Shown here one piece after another: positions 8,571 to 18,041 of a stretch of 49,109 bases of DNA (position 1 is its first letter; the number at the start of each line of letters is the position of its first letter). Location: NCBI GenBank assembly GCA_001567545.1, contig LLZO01000084.1, forward strand, positions 1 to 49,109. Reading direction: 5' to 3'. A program made the position numbers and the translations under genes. The DNA comes from Candidatus Tepidiaquacellales bacterium OLB5. GTDB taxonomy: Bacteria > Bacteroidota > Ignavibacteria > Tepidaquicellales > OLB5. The notes under the pieces were generated by a model, which worked only from the letters and a program-made list of their open reading frames with translations, did no database searches and was not told the DNA's origin.

Positions 8571-9491
8571 ATGAATATACTGGTTACCGGCGGCGCCGGT
8601 TTTATTGGCTCAAACATTGCTGATGCTTATATTGATAAAGGCCACAATGTTATTATTGTTGATAATTTATCAACCGGGGTTAAAGAGTTCATAAACCCCA
8701 AAGCAAAATTCTATAAGATGGATATCTGTGATACAGATATTTCCAGGGTGTTCAAAGAAAATCAAATTGATATAATTAACCATCATGCTGCGCAGATAGA
8801 TCTCAGGAAATCCGTAGAAGACCCGAAATTTGATATTAATGTAAATATAGCAGGTTCAGTTAACCTTCTTGAAAATGCAAGGCTAAACGGGGTAAAAAAA
8901 TTTATTTTTGCCTCAACAGGCGGCGCAATTTACGGAGAGCATGATTACTTTCCCGCAGATGAGGAGCATCCTGTTAGACCAAGCGCTCCCTATGGTATTA
9001 ATAAAAACTGTGTAGAAAAATATTTATATTATTATAACCTGGTTTATGGTTTGGATTATATTGTATTAAGATATGCCAATGTTTACGGTCCGCGGCAGAA
9101 TCCGCACGGTGAATGCGGAGTTATTGCAATATTTACTGATAAAATTTTAGGTGGCACTCAGCCGCTGATAAACGGTGACGGTAAACAGACAAGGGATTAT
9201 GTTTTTGTTAAAGATGTTGTTAATGCAAATGTGCTTGCACTTGATGCAAAAGGACCCAAAATATATAATATATCAACAACAAAAGAAACTGACGTAAATT
9301 ATATTTTTGACAGAATTAATCATTATGCCGGAACAAGCTTCGAAGAAAAGCACGGGCCGGCAAAGCTGGGCGAGCAGATGCGTTCAGTTCTGAGTTTTGA
9401 AAAAATAAGTACAGAGCTTGGATGGAGACCGGAAACAGATATAGAAACCGGACTAAAAATTACAACGGAATTTTTTAAAAACAGTAAGTAA
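8571..9491 (+). CDS. NAD-dependent epimerase/dehydratase (UDP-glucose 4-epimerase-like SDR)
   Basis: 306-aa ORF. Rossmann motif VTGGAGFIGSN and catalytic YxxxK (PYGINK). Confidence 0.85.
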   Translation: MNILVTGGAGFIGSNIADAYIDKGHNVIIVDNLSTGVKEFINPKAKFYKMDICDTDISRVFKENQIDIINHHAAQIDLRKSVEDPKFDINVNIAGSVNLLENARLNGVKKFIFASTGGAIYGEHDYFPADEEHPVRPSAPYGINKNCVEKYLYYYNLVYGLDYIVLRYANVYGPRQNPHGECGVIAIFTDKILGGTQPLINGDGKQTRDYVFVKDVVNANVLALDAKGPKIYNISTTKETDVNYIFDRINHYAGTSFEEKHGPAKLGEQMRSVLSFEKISTELGWRPETDIETGLKITTEFFKNSK

Positions 9492-9499
9492 AAAACAAG

Positions 9500-10432
9500 T
9501 TGTTAGATAATTTAGCTGAAAAAATACTGAAAGGTGAAAAGACTGCTGTTGCAAGGGGAATTTCACTTGTTGAAAATGAATCAAAACAGGCTGGCGAGCT
9601 TTTAAAAAAGCTGTATAAAAATACCGGAAGGGCATATTTAATCGGAATTACAGGTCCGCCGGGTGCCGGTAAAAGTACTATAACCAATGCACTGACAAAA
9701 GTTTTGAGGGAAAAAGGATTTAAGATCGGTATAATTGCTGTTGACCCGACGAGCCCTTTTACAGGCGGTGCGCTGCTTGGAGACCGAATCAGAATGCAGG
9801 AATCAGGTACGGATAACGATGTGTTCATCCGTTCAATGGCTACAAGAGGCAGCCTGGGCGGACTTTCAAAAAAAGCAAAAGAAGCCTGCGAAATACTTGA
9901 TGCCAGCGGCAAAGATTTTGTTATAATAGAAACAGTTGGTGTAGGGCAAAGCGAGCTTGATATAGCACAGACTGCAGATACTACTATTGTTATCCTTGTT
10001 CCGGAATCCGGCGATGCTGTTCAAACAATGAAAGCGGGATTGATGGAAATCGGCGATATATTTGTAATAAATAAATCTGACAGGGACGGCTCCGAAGCAC
10101 TTGGCGTAGCATTAAGGACTATGCTTCATTTAAAAATGACAAAAGAAAGCGACAGGGAAGTGCCGGTAATAAAAACTGTTGCTTCAAGGAACAAAGGTAT
10201 AGATGAACTTTATGATTTTATTATCAGACATAAAACATACCTGGAAAAAAACGGAAAGCTTGCACGGAAAAGAAAAGAAAACCTGCTGAAACAGATCAAC
10301 GAGCTTGTAAACAATAAACTTGAAAATAAGTTCTGGACAAACGACAGGAAAAATAAGCTTGAAAGTAAAATAGACAAAATTTCAGAACGTGAAGTTACCC
10401 CATACGATTTTGTGGATGAGCTGTTCCATTAA
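9500..10432 (+). CDS. meaB: Methylmalonyl-CoA mutase-associated G3E GTPase (MeaB/ArgK family)
   Basis: 310-aa ORF with a TTG start. P-loop GITGPPGAGKST, then ETVGVGQSE and the NKSD guanine-specificity motif. Confidence 0.85.
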   Translation: MLDNLAEKILKGEKTAVARGISLVENESKQAGELLKKLYKNTGRAYLIGITGPPGAGKSTITNALTKVLREKGFKIGIIAVDPTSPFTGGALLGDRIRMQESGTDNDVFIRSMATRGSLGGLSKKAKEACEILDASGKDFVIIETVGVGQSELDIAQTADTTIVILVPESGDAVQTMKAGLMEIGDIFVINKSDRDGSEALGVALRTMLHLKMTKESDREVPVIKTVASRNKGIDELYDFIIRHKTYLEKNGKLARKRKENLLKQINELVNNKLENKFWTNDRKNKLESKIDKISEREVTPYDFVDELFH

Positions 10433-10465
10433 AACTTGAAATTAATAAATTAATATATAGTAAAC

Positions 10466-11611
10466 ATGGATTTTAAATTATCAGAAAGCAATTTAGAGAT
10501 TCAGAAACTGGCTCGGGATTTTGCACAGAACAGGATAGCGCCGGTCGTAATGAAATATGACGAGACATCGGAGTTCCCCTGGGAAATTGCCAAAGAGCTT
10601 GGAGAAATGGGTTTTATGGGTATTATGTTCCCGGAAGAATACGAGGGCTCAAATCTTTCCATATTAGATTATGCTATTATTGTGGAAGAAATTTCACGGG
10701 CTGATTCATCTGTAGGCTTAACAGTAGCTTCGCATAACGGGTTATGCACGAACCATATTTATACTTTCAGTAATGAAGAACTTAAGAAAAAATATATCCC
10801 TGACCTTGCATCAGGTAGAAAACTGGGTGCTTGGGGTCTTACAGAAAATGTTTCAGGCAGCGATGCTGCCGGCATGGCAACAACTGCTGTTAAAGAAGGT
10901 GATTATTATATTCTGAACGGAAGTAAAAATTTTATTACACAGGGCGGTGTTGGTGAAACAGCAGTTGTTACTGCTATCACCGATAAATCCAAAGGTGCCA
11001 AAGGGATATCTGCATTTATTGTTGAAAAAGGTTTTGAAGGTTTCAGCGTAGGCAAAAAAGAGAACAAGCTTGGAATGAGAGCAAGTGATACCTGCGAGCT
11101 GATATTCGATAATTGTAAAGTTCCCGCTGCCAATTTAATAGGAAAAGAGGGTGAAGGATTTAAGCAGTGCATGCAGATACTTGACGGAGGCAGGATATCT
11201 ATAGCTGCACTTTCTGTTGGAATTGCACAGGCTGCACTTGATCATTCCATTAAATACGCTAAGCAGCGCAAACAATTCGGTAAATCATTATCAGAATTTC
11301 AGGGAATACAGTTTAAAATTGCTGAAATGACAACAGAAGTAGAAGCAGCCAGGCTTTTAACTTACAAGGCTGCAATTTTAAGAGATGAGGGCAAAGATTT
11401 TAAATTTGCTGCATCTCTTGCCAAATATTATGCCAGTGAAATAGCTTGTAAGGCTACCAATGAAGCTGTACAGATACATGGCGGTTACGGATTTATTAAA
11501 GAGTTCCCCGTTGAAAAGTTATACCGAGATGTAAAGCTTACAACTATTGGCGAAGGTACCAGTGAAGTACAAAAAATGATAATGGCTAGAAACCTGGTAG
11601 AGATGTATTAA
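10466..11611 (+). CDS. Acyl-CoA dehydrogenase (short/branched-chain type)
   Basis: 381-aa ORF. GAWGLTENVSGSDAAG, and the C-terminal QIHGGYGFIKEFPVEKLYRDVKLTTIGEGTSEVQ. Confidence 0.9.
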   Translation: MDFKLSESNLEIQKLARDFAQNRIAPVVMKYDETSEFPWEIAKELGEMGFMGIMFPEEYEGSNLSILDYAIIVEEISRADSSVGLTVASHNGLCTNHIYTFSNEELKKKYIPDLASGRKLGAWGLTENVSGSDAAGMATTAVKEGDYYILNGSKNFITQGGVGETAVVTAITDKSKGAKGISAFIVEKGFEGFSVGKKENKLGMRASDTCELIFDNCKVPAANLIGKEGEGFKQCMQILDGGRISIAALSVGIAQAALDHSIKYAKQRKQFGKSLSEFQGIQFKIAEMTTEVEAARLLTYKAAILRDEGKDFKFAASLAKYYASEIACKATNEAVQIHGGYGFIKEFPVEKLYRDVKLTTIGEGTSEVQKMIMARNLVEMY

Positions 11612-11616
11612 ATATA

Positions 11617-13428
11617 TTACTTCTGCCAGGTTATATTATTGGTATTGCAGAAATTTATTGCATCACTGTTTCCTAACCTCGCTGCAGTTATCATATTGTT
11701 TATTCCAGCTTCATTTTGTCTTGTTTTAAGATAAGTTAAACCAAGATTGTAGTAAGCTGAAGAATATTTATCATCATTTACAATTGCCTGTTTAAAAGCA
11801 TTAATTGATTCAATATACATCTCTTTCATTGCCAGTGTTTTTCCCAAATTATTATATGCAGCGGCAAATCCAGGATCTATACCAATAGCTTTTCTGTAAT
11901 AAACTATTGCTGTATCCGGATTATTCATATTAAAAAATGAGTTTCCTGCATTAAAATATGCTTCTGCGAAATTGTTATTCATCGAAATTGCTTTTTCAAA
12001 ATATCCGATAGCTTTTTCATAATTTTTTTTCCTATTTTCTAAGAGCCCAAGATTATTATATGCCTGTGAATATTCCGGATTGTACTTAATTGCGTTAATA
12101 AAGTCATTTTCCGCTTCTGAAAGCTTATTCTCATTAAAATATACAGTCCCCCTGTTATTATATCCGATAAAATTACTGCTGTCCTTTTTTATCATATCAC
12201 TGTATAAGGTACTGCTGTTTTCCCATTTATAGCTCTCATTTTTAGCAAGGATTCCTGTAATTATAATGATAGCAGTAAGTGACGCTGCGGCTAACCTTTT
12301 CAGCAGAATTGTCTTAAAATATCTCGTATAAAATTCATATAATAATACCGAGACAATAAATAATATTCCCAGTATCGGAATATATGCAAATCTATCAGCA
12401 GTAATAGCTCTTCCAACCGGAACTATTTGTAAAACAGGAATAATTGTAGTTGAATAAAATAATATTCCGAAAATTAATTTATTCCCGAAATATTTCTTGG
12501 TATAATAAACAACAGTAAAAATTCCAATAATAAATATGGGCGATATATAATATATCAACGGTATATTATTGCCATCAAAATCAGGGTACTGATAAAAAGC
12601 ATTAAGGTTGAATGGATACACAGTTTTGTAAATATAAAAAATATAATTGTGTGAAATTACAAGGACCCTTTCCAAAAAAGACAGGTTGGGGAGTTCCAGA
12701 ATAACAGACCTATTAATAGTTTGGTATTGTGCCATAATATTAATTAAACCAAATACTATACCTGTGGCAAATAGAAGCAGTTTATCCTTAAAATTTTTAA
12801 TGGAAATTTTATTATCAATAAAGTAATCTATCAGCAAAAGTATAATAGGAAGCGTTACAGCTGTAGCTTTGGAAAAACAAGCTAATATAAAACTAATATA
12901 AATGAATATATCATAATCTTTTGCAGAATTTCTTTTCTTAAGGATATAAAGATAAGCTGATAAAATAAAAAACATACCGAAAAGCATATCTTTTCTTTCT
13001 GTAACCCAGGATACCGATTCAGCATGTAGCGGATGTGTAGCAAATAATGCTGCAGCAATTAATGAAACAATTTTATTCTCTGTTAATTTAAATAAAAATA
13101 AATACACTAATACTGAGGTTATTGCAAATAAAATCAGATTATCTAAATGATAAATGAATGGATCAAATTCTTTTAAATAATATTCTATTGCATAAGTTAA
13201 ATTAACTAGTGGCTGGTAATGATAATTTGTAAAAGACTGAAAAATTGATAAAATATTACCAAAAGAAAGTGATGTTACAGCAGGATTGTTTAATAATACA
13301 ATTTCATCATCCCAGTTTGTAAATGAAAAATTTGTGGTCTGGTAATATGTTAAAATGCAAATAAAAAGTAGAATTATCAGCTCTAATAATTTAATATTAC
13401 TTTTAAATATTTTTTTCTTTGGTTTCAT
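11617..13428 (-). CDS. Polytopic GT-C-like (PMT/TMTC-like) membrane domain fused to C-terminal TPR repeats
   Basis: 603-aa ORF with about 10 or more hydrophobic segments in the first ~400 aa. At least five TPR-like units follow (AENDFINAIKYNPEYSQAYNNLG, AIGYFEKAISMNNNFAEAYFNAG, and others). Sampled lines of this gene are markedly AT-richer (about 25-30% GC) than neighbouring genes (about 37%). Confidence 0.7.
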   Translation of the reverse strand: MKPKKKIFKSNIKLLELIILLFICILTYYQTTNFSFTNWDDEIVLLNNPAVTSLSFGNILSIFQSFTNYHYQPLVNLTYAIEYYLKEFDPFIYHLDNLILFAITSVLVYLFLFKLTENKIVSLIAAALFATHPLHAESVSWVTERKDMLFGMFFILSAYLYILKKRNSAKDYDIFIYISFILACFSKATAVTLPIILLLIDYFIDNKISIKNFKDKLLLFATGIVFGLINIMAQYQTINRSVILELPNLSFLERVLVISHNYIFYIYKTVYPFNLNAFYQYPDFDGNNIPLIYYISPIFIIGIFTVVYYTKKYFGNKLIFGILFYSTTIIPVLQIVPVGRAITADRFAYIPILGILFIVSVLLYEFYTRYFKTILLKRLAAASLTAIIIITGILAKNESYKWENSSTLYSDMIKKDSSNFIGYNNRGTVYFNENKLSEAENDFINAIKYNPEYSQAYNNLGLLENRKKNYEKAIGYFEKAISMNNNFAEAYFNAGNSFFNMNNPDTAIVYYRKAIGIDPGFAAAYNNLGKTLAMKEMYIESINAFKQAIVNDDKYSSAYYNLGLTYLKTRQNEAGINNMITAARLGNSDAINFCNTNNITWQK

Positions 13429-13551
13429 TTATAAAAATTTAAATGTAGTATTTTTCAATTATGTCTTAAAAATTAATAAAAATTAAAATTTAATTAATTC
13501 AAATATATTGCTTTTTTAAAAATAAACTTATATACTTATAAATAAATATTA

Positions 13552-13926
13552 ATGTACAATTTTTTAAAGAGTAAAATGAATATCAGAATATTAATCAGAT
13601 ATTTTTTTATTATTATTCCAATTATTTTTTTAATGGCATTTTCCTTTGAATTCAATGAGGTAAACGCAAATGACCCATGTTGTGTAACCGGTAGTGCAAC
13701 CACTCAAGGAGGCCCAGCAGTAAATTGTATAGTGACTATATCTGATGGCTTTTCTGTAATATGTTCTACGAATACGAGAAGTGATGGTAAATTTGAATGT
13801 TGTGGTAATTTTAATGGTCAATCATATTTAGTAAGTATTTATTGTAATAGTAGCTGTCATACTTCAGTAAATTATACATTAAATTGTTCAGGAACTATTC
13901 CAAACATTAATGTACCTTGCGAGTAA
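13552..13926 (+). CDS. Small secreted cysteine-rich hypothetical protein
   Basis: 124-aa ORF with an N-terminal hydrophobic signal or anchor. There are 10 Cys in the ~85-aa mature part, including two CC pairs (DPCCVTG, FECCGN). Confidence 0.5.
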   Translation: MYNFLKSKMNIRILIRYFFIIIPIIFLMAFSFEFNEVNANDPCCVTGSATTQGGPAVNCIVTISDGFSVICSTNTRSDGKFECCGNFNGQSYLVSIYCNSSCHTSVNYTLNCSGTIPNINVPCE

Positions 13927-13930
13927 GATA

Positions 13931-14713
13931 TTATCCAAATATTGTTGTCCATAAAACATAATCCAGAATCAGTGTCATTGCAGCTGCAAGAACAAATGCA
14001 CGGATAGTAGAATTTCCTACTCCCTGCGCTCCGCCCTGTGTGCTTAAGCCTACATGGCAGCCTAAAATTGATGTTGATGCCCCGAAAAAGAATGCTTTTA
14101 TTAATCCTCCTGCAATATCTTTAAACTCAAATACTCTTTTTGCGCTTGTGAAAAAAACCTGGAAGGATACATCCATAAAAAAGTAAGAAACCCCGAATGC
14201 ACCCATAACAGCAATAAAGTTTGCGATTATTGTTAATACTGGAAGCATGATTATGCAGGCAAGAAACCTCGGCATAACCAGGTAACGAACAGGATTTATT
14301 GCAAGTGATTCCAATGCATCAATTTGTTCGGTAACTTTCATTGTCCCAAGCTCAGCAGCCATTGATGCGCCAACTCTGCCTGCAAGAACTATTGCTGTAA
14401 GCACCGGACCAAGCTCAATAAAAATAGCTTTTGTAACAGCAGAACCCAAGTAAGAAAGTGAAATGAAACCCTGAAACTGGTAAGCAGCCTGCCAGGCGGA
14501 TACTGCGCCCGTAAAAAATCCGATAATAATAACCAGCGGAATTGAACCAACTCCGATATGCTCCATTTGGTCTAAAATGAGTTTTCTATCCCTTAAAATC
14601 CTTGGAAAACTCATAATTATTCCCCATATAAGCAGTGTTATCCTTCCTATCTCAAGGAAAAAGAACTCAAATTTATCAGTAAACCAGTCAAAAATCCTAA
14701 CCATATACATCAA
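13931..14713 (-). CDS. mlaE: MlaE-family ABC transporter permease
   Basis: 260-aa ORF. The characteristic MlaE C-terminus is FFGASTSILGCHVGLSTQGGAQGVGNSTIRAFVLAAAM. No mlaF or mlaD is adjacent. Confidence 0.85.
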   Translation of the reverse strand: MMYMVRIFDWFTDKFEFFFLEIGRITLLIWGIIMSFPRILRDRKLILDQMEHIGVGSIPLVIIIGFFTGAVSAWQAAYQFQGFISLSYLGSAVTKAIFIELGPVLTAIVLAGRVGASMAAELGTMKVTEQIDALESLAINPVRYLVMPRFLACIIMLPVLTIIANFIAVMGAFGVSYFFMDVSFQVFFTSAKRVFEFKDIAGGLIKAFFFGASTSILGCHVGLSTQGGAQGVGNSTIRAFVLAAAMTLILDYVLWTTIFG

Positions 14714-15025
14714 ATATGGTTATTATAGTATAGTTTATCAATTCAGAAAAAATAAATTACTGTTAATGATAAACTGAAGAAATTTTCTTTAAAGTTATTG
14801 CTTTATGTTTAATTTTTTAGTTTTACAAATTAGCTGATTCTTAAACAGATATAAATTTTCAGATGTTTACTTTAAAAATTGTATCATTAGCAGAATAAAT
14901 AATTATATAATTTTATATTTTCCATATTTCAGAAATTCATTAAAAACCCGGTAAATTTTTATAAATCATTAATATTTTGGTGTTTTAAATTTACTTACAA
15001 AAATCCGAAAAATTTTAAAAAAGCA

Positions 15026-15054
15026 TTGAAAATGATTAGTTTTATATTTAGATT
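15026..15054 (+). promoter_or_regulatory. Putative sigma70-type promoter for the S8 protease gene
   Basis: TTGAAA (15026-15031), a 17-nt spacer, then TAGATT (15049-15054), 37 nt upstream of the ATG. Confidence 0.35.
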
Positions 15055-15090
15055 GTAATATTCACAATCAAAATTTAATCTTTTTTAGCG

Positions 15091-17925
15091 ATGAAAAAAT
15101 ACTGGTTGATTTTAATTTGCCCTCTTTTATTTTCATTTTTAAGCTTTAAAGACAGCGCAGATCTTAAATATAAAAGAATCGGAGAGAGAGTAATTTTAAG
15201 AACATCTGACGGAGCTAAATATCAGCCCGGAATGATAAATATTAAATTCAGAGAGCAGAATAATAACGTTTCTGCAGGCTCTACCGGTAATTCACGAATT
15301 GATGCAGTTATTCAGCAATACGAACTGGAACGAGTATATAAACCATTTCCATTAAAAGCTGATATCAGCAAAAGAATGCCCGGGGATGATGACCTTGATA
15401 AATTTGTAACTATAAGGTATAAAGGTAATATAGACCCAACTGATCTTTCCAATGAAGTATTGGCATCTAACAGTGATATTCTGGAATGGGCTGAACCGGA
15501 ATTTATATACGAAGCATTATTTATACCAAATGACCCGACTGTAGGATTACAGTATCATATTTCAAAAATTAACTGCTACCAGGCGTGGGATATCACCCAG
15601 GGTGATACTAATGTTGTAATTGGTATTGTAGACAGCGGAAGTGACCTTGACCATCCGGATCTTGGCGCAAATATTAAATATAATTATGCTGATCCTGAGG
15701 ACGGAATTGATAACGACAACAACGGTTATGTTGATGATTTTAAAGGCTGGGATTTTTATTATGGCGATAATGACCCCAATATTATGGGAGGCAGTGATCA
15801 TGGATCACATGTATCAGGATGTGCATCTCAGGTTACCAATAACAACGTACACGGTTCCGGACCCGGTTTTAAAGTAAAATTAAGGATCAGTAAACATGCA
15901 CCGGATGTTCCCGATAACGGTATTTATGCTTCAAATAACGGAATAGTTTTCCTCTATCAAAACGGAGCAGATGTAATAAACTGCAGTTTCGGAAGCGGAA
16001 CTTTCAGTGCAGCAACTCAAAATATTATCAATAATGCATGGGCAGCAGGAGTTATAATCTGTGCATCTGCCGGAAATGACGGTCAGAATATTCCCCGTTA
16101 CCCGGGTTCGTATGATAATGTAGTTAATGTTGCTGCATCAAATTCAGGTGATTTAAAAGCAGGTTTTTCCAATTATCATTCTACTGTTGATATCATTGCT
16201 CCAGGAGATAATATTTTAAGTACTGTTTACAATAATTCATATGCAAATTTCAGCGGAACTTCAATGTCTACCCCGGTAACTTCCGGAGTTGTAGGCCTTA
16301 TAATTTCCAAATACCCAAGCTGGACAAATACCCAGGTCGTTGAAAGATTACTTCTTGGTGTAGATAGTATTTATCATTTAAATCCTGCATATATAGGATT
16401 ACTTGGAACCGGAAGGGTAAATGCATTTAAATGCGTCACAGATCTGCCTATTGTATCGCTGATTTCAAATACTGCCAGCGATTCATTGCTCGGCAATAAC
16501 GATAAAGTGTTTGATGTAAATGAAGAAATTACATTTACGATGACATATAAAAATACATGGTTTGCCGGTAATAATGTATCATTACGGTTAACTACAACAG
16601 ATCCTGATGTTGAAATAGTCCAGGATTCAGTTTATGCCGGAAATCTTGCTGCATATACAACATATTCAACAACACCAAATAATACATTCAAAGTAAAAGC
16701 TAAAAATACATGCCCGTTTGATAAAGCAGTTTCATTTACATTAAGAACATCCAATAATGCAAACGTAAATAACGCTACCGCTACATTTACAGTTACATTC
16801 AGGCAGGGCTGGGCAACACATACTGTAAATAATCTTAAATTATCTTTAACTAAAGATGGTGCAGTAGGCAAAAAAACCCAGCAATACGGCAGCGGTCTTA
16901 ATATTCCCGGATATACCGGTAATCAAATGCTTGAAGGCGGACTGATGATTGGAGTAAGCAACACCAAAGTTTCAGATGCATGCAGAAGAGGCTTTGCTCC
17001 TGCAAATGTTTCTGATACAGATTTTACTGCTATCAACTCATATGTACTTCAGATGCCGGGAACATTTTCAAACGAAGACGGTAAAGGCTATTTTAATGAT
17101 AACGGCGCTGGATCTAATAAAATTGGTGTTACGGTCAGATCTGAAAGTTATGCCTGGAATTCTGCTCCAGATGCAAATTATATAATTTTAAGATACACTA
17201 TCAAAAATACCAGCGGTGCAAATATTTCTAATCTATTTGCAGGCATTTATATGTATTATACGCCTAACGGTGTTAACAGCAGCAATAATACTGCGCTTGA
17301 TACTGTTAATAAAATTGGGTATTCATTTAATAATACAACAACAAACCCGTATCTGGGAGTAAGTCTGCTAAGCAATCAAACAGTTAATTATAAAGGAATA
17401 AATGCCACCGAGGTACTGACAGGTTTTACCACACAGGAAAAATGGGATGCTATGAGCAACGGTATTGTTAACGGCGGAATAGGACCCGGTATCAACTGCT
17501 TCGTAATTTCTGCCGGACCGATGAATATTAACAATAATGATTCTGTTGTTGTTGGTTTTGCAGTTGTTAAAGGTAATGATAAAGCAGAACTTATTGCAAA
17601 CTCTAATACAGCAAAAAATAAATTTATCACTATTGGTATTCAGCAAATATCGGGGATGATACCTGAAAAATTCAGTTTATATCAAAACTATCCAAATCCG
17701 TTTAATCCTTCGACAAATATCAAATTTGATGTTGCTCAAACGGATAATATAAAAATCAGGGTTTTTGATATAATAGGAAGAGAAGTATCTTCGTTTAACC
17801 AGGAATTGACCCCCGGAACATATAATTATTCTTTTGACGGTACAAGGCTTGCAAGCGGAGTATATTTCTATTCATTTGAGTCTAAATACTATAATAGTGT
17901 GAAAAAAATGATTTTACTCAAATAA
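15091..17925 (+). CDS. Subtilisin-like S8 serine protease with a T9SS type-A C-terminal sorting domain
   Basis: 944-aa ORF with a signal peptide. Catalytic triad contexts: VGIVDSGSD (Asp), HGSHVSGCA (His), SGTSMSTPVTSG (Ser). The C-terminus is YQNYPNPFNPSTNIKF...GVYFYSF...KKMILLK (17659-17922). Confidence 0.9.
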   Translation: MKKYWLILICPLLFSFLSFKDSADLKYKRIGERVILRTSDGAKYQPGMINIKFREQNNNVSAGSTGNSRIDAVIQQYELERVYKPFPLKADISKRMPGDDDLDKFVTIRYKGNIDPTDLSNEVLASNSDILEWAEPEFIYEALFIPNDPTVGLQYHISKINCYQAWDITQGDTNVVIGIVDSGSDLDHPDLGANIKYNYADPEDGIDNDNNGYVDDFKGWDFYYGDNDPNIMGGSDHGSHVSGCASQVTNNNVHGSGPGFKVKLRISKHAPDVPDNGIYASNNGIVFLYQNGADVINCSFGSGTFSAATQNIINNAWAAGVIICASAGNDGQNIPRYPGSYDNVVNVAASNSGDLKAGFSNYHSTVDIIAPGDNILSTVYNNSYANFSGTSMSTPVTSGVVGLIISKYPSWTNTQVVERLLLGVDSIYHLNPAYIGLLGTGRVNAFKCVTDLPIVSLISNTASDSLLGNNDKVFDVNEEITFTMTYKNTWFAGNNVSLRLTTTDPDVEIVQDSVYAGNLAAYTTYSTTPNNTFKVKAKNTCPFDKAVSFTLRTSNNANVNNATATFTVTFRQGWATHTVNNLKLSLTKDGAVGKKTQQYGSGLNIPGYTGNQMLEGGLMIGVSNTKVSDACRRGFAPANVSDTDFTAINSYVLQMPGTFSNEDGKGYFNDNGAGSNKIGVTVRSESYAWNSAPDANYIILRYTIKNTSGANISNLFAGIYMYYTPNGVNSSNNTALDTVNKIGYSFNNTTTNPYLGVSLLSNQTVNYKGINATEVLTGFTTQEKWDAMSNGIVNGGIGPGINCFVISAGPMNINNNDSVVVGFAVVKGNDKAELIANSNTAKNKFITIGIQQISGMIPEKFSLYQNYPNPFNPSTNIKFDVAQTDNIKIRVFDIIGREVSSFNQELTPGTYNYSFDGTRLASGVYFYSFESKYYNSVKKMILLK

Positions 17926-17965
17926 TCAAGGTTTAATTAATATTAATATAGATAATAAAATATAC

Positions 17966-17993
17966 TTGAAAAATATTAATAAACTGTTATATT
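17966..17993 (+). promoter_or_regulatory. Putative sigma70-type promoter for BNR paralogue 1
   Basis: TTGAAA (17966-17971), a 16-nt spacer, then TATATT (17988-17993). Confidence 0.4.
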
Positions 17994-18041
17994 GCAATAA
18001 AATTTAAGGTATTCTTAAATAAACAAACGAAAGGGAATAAA

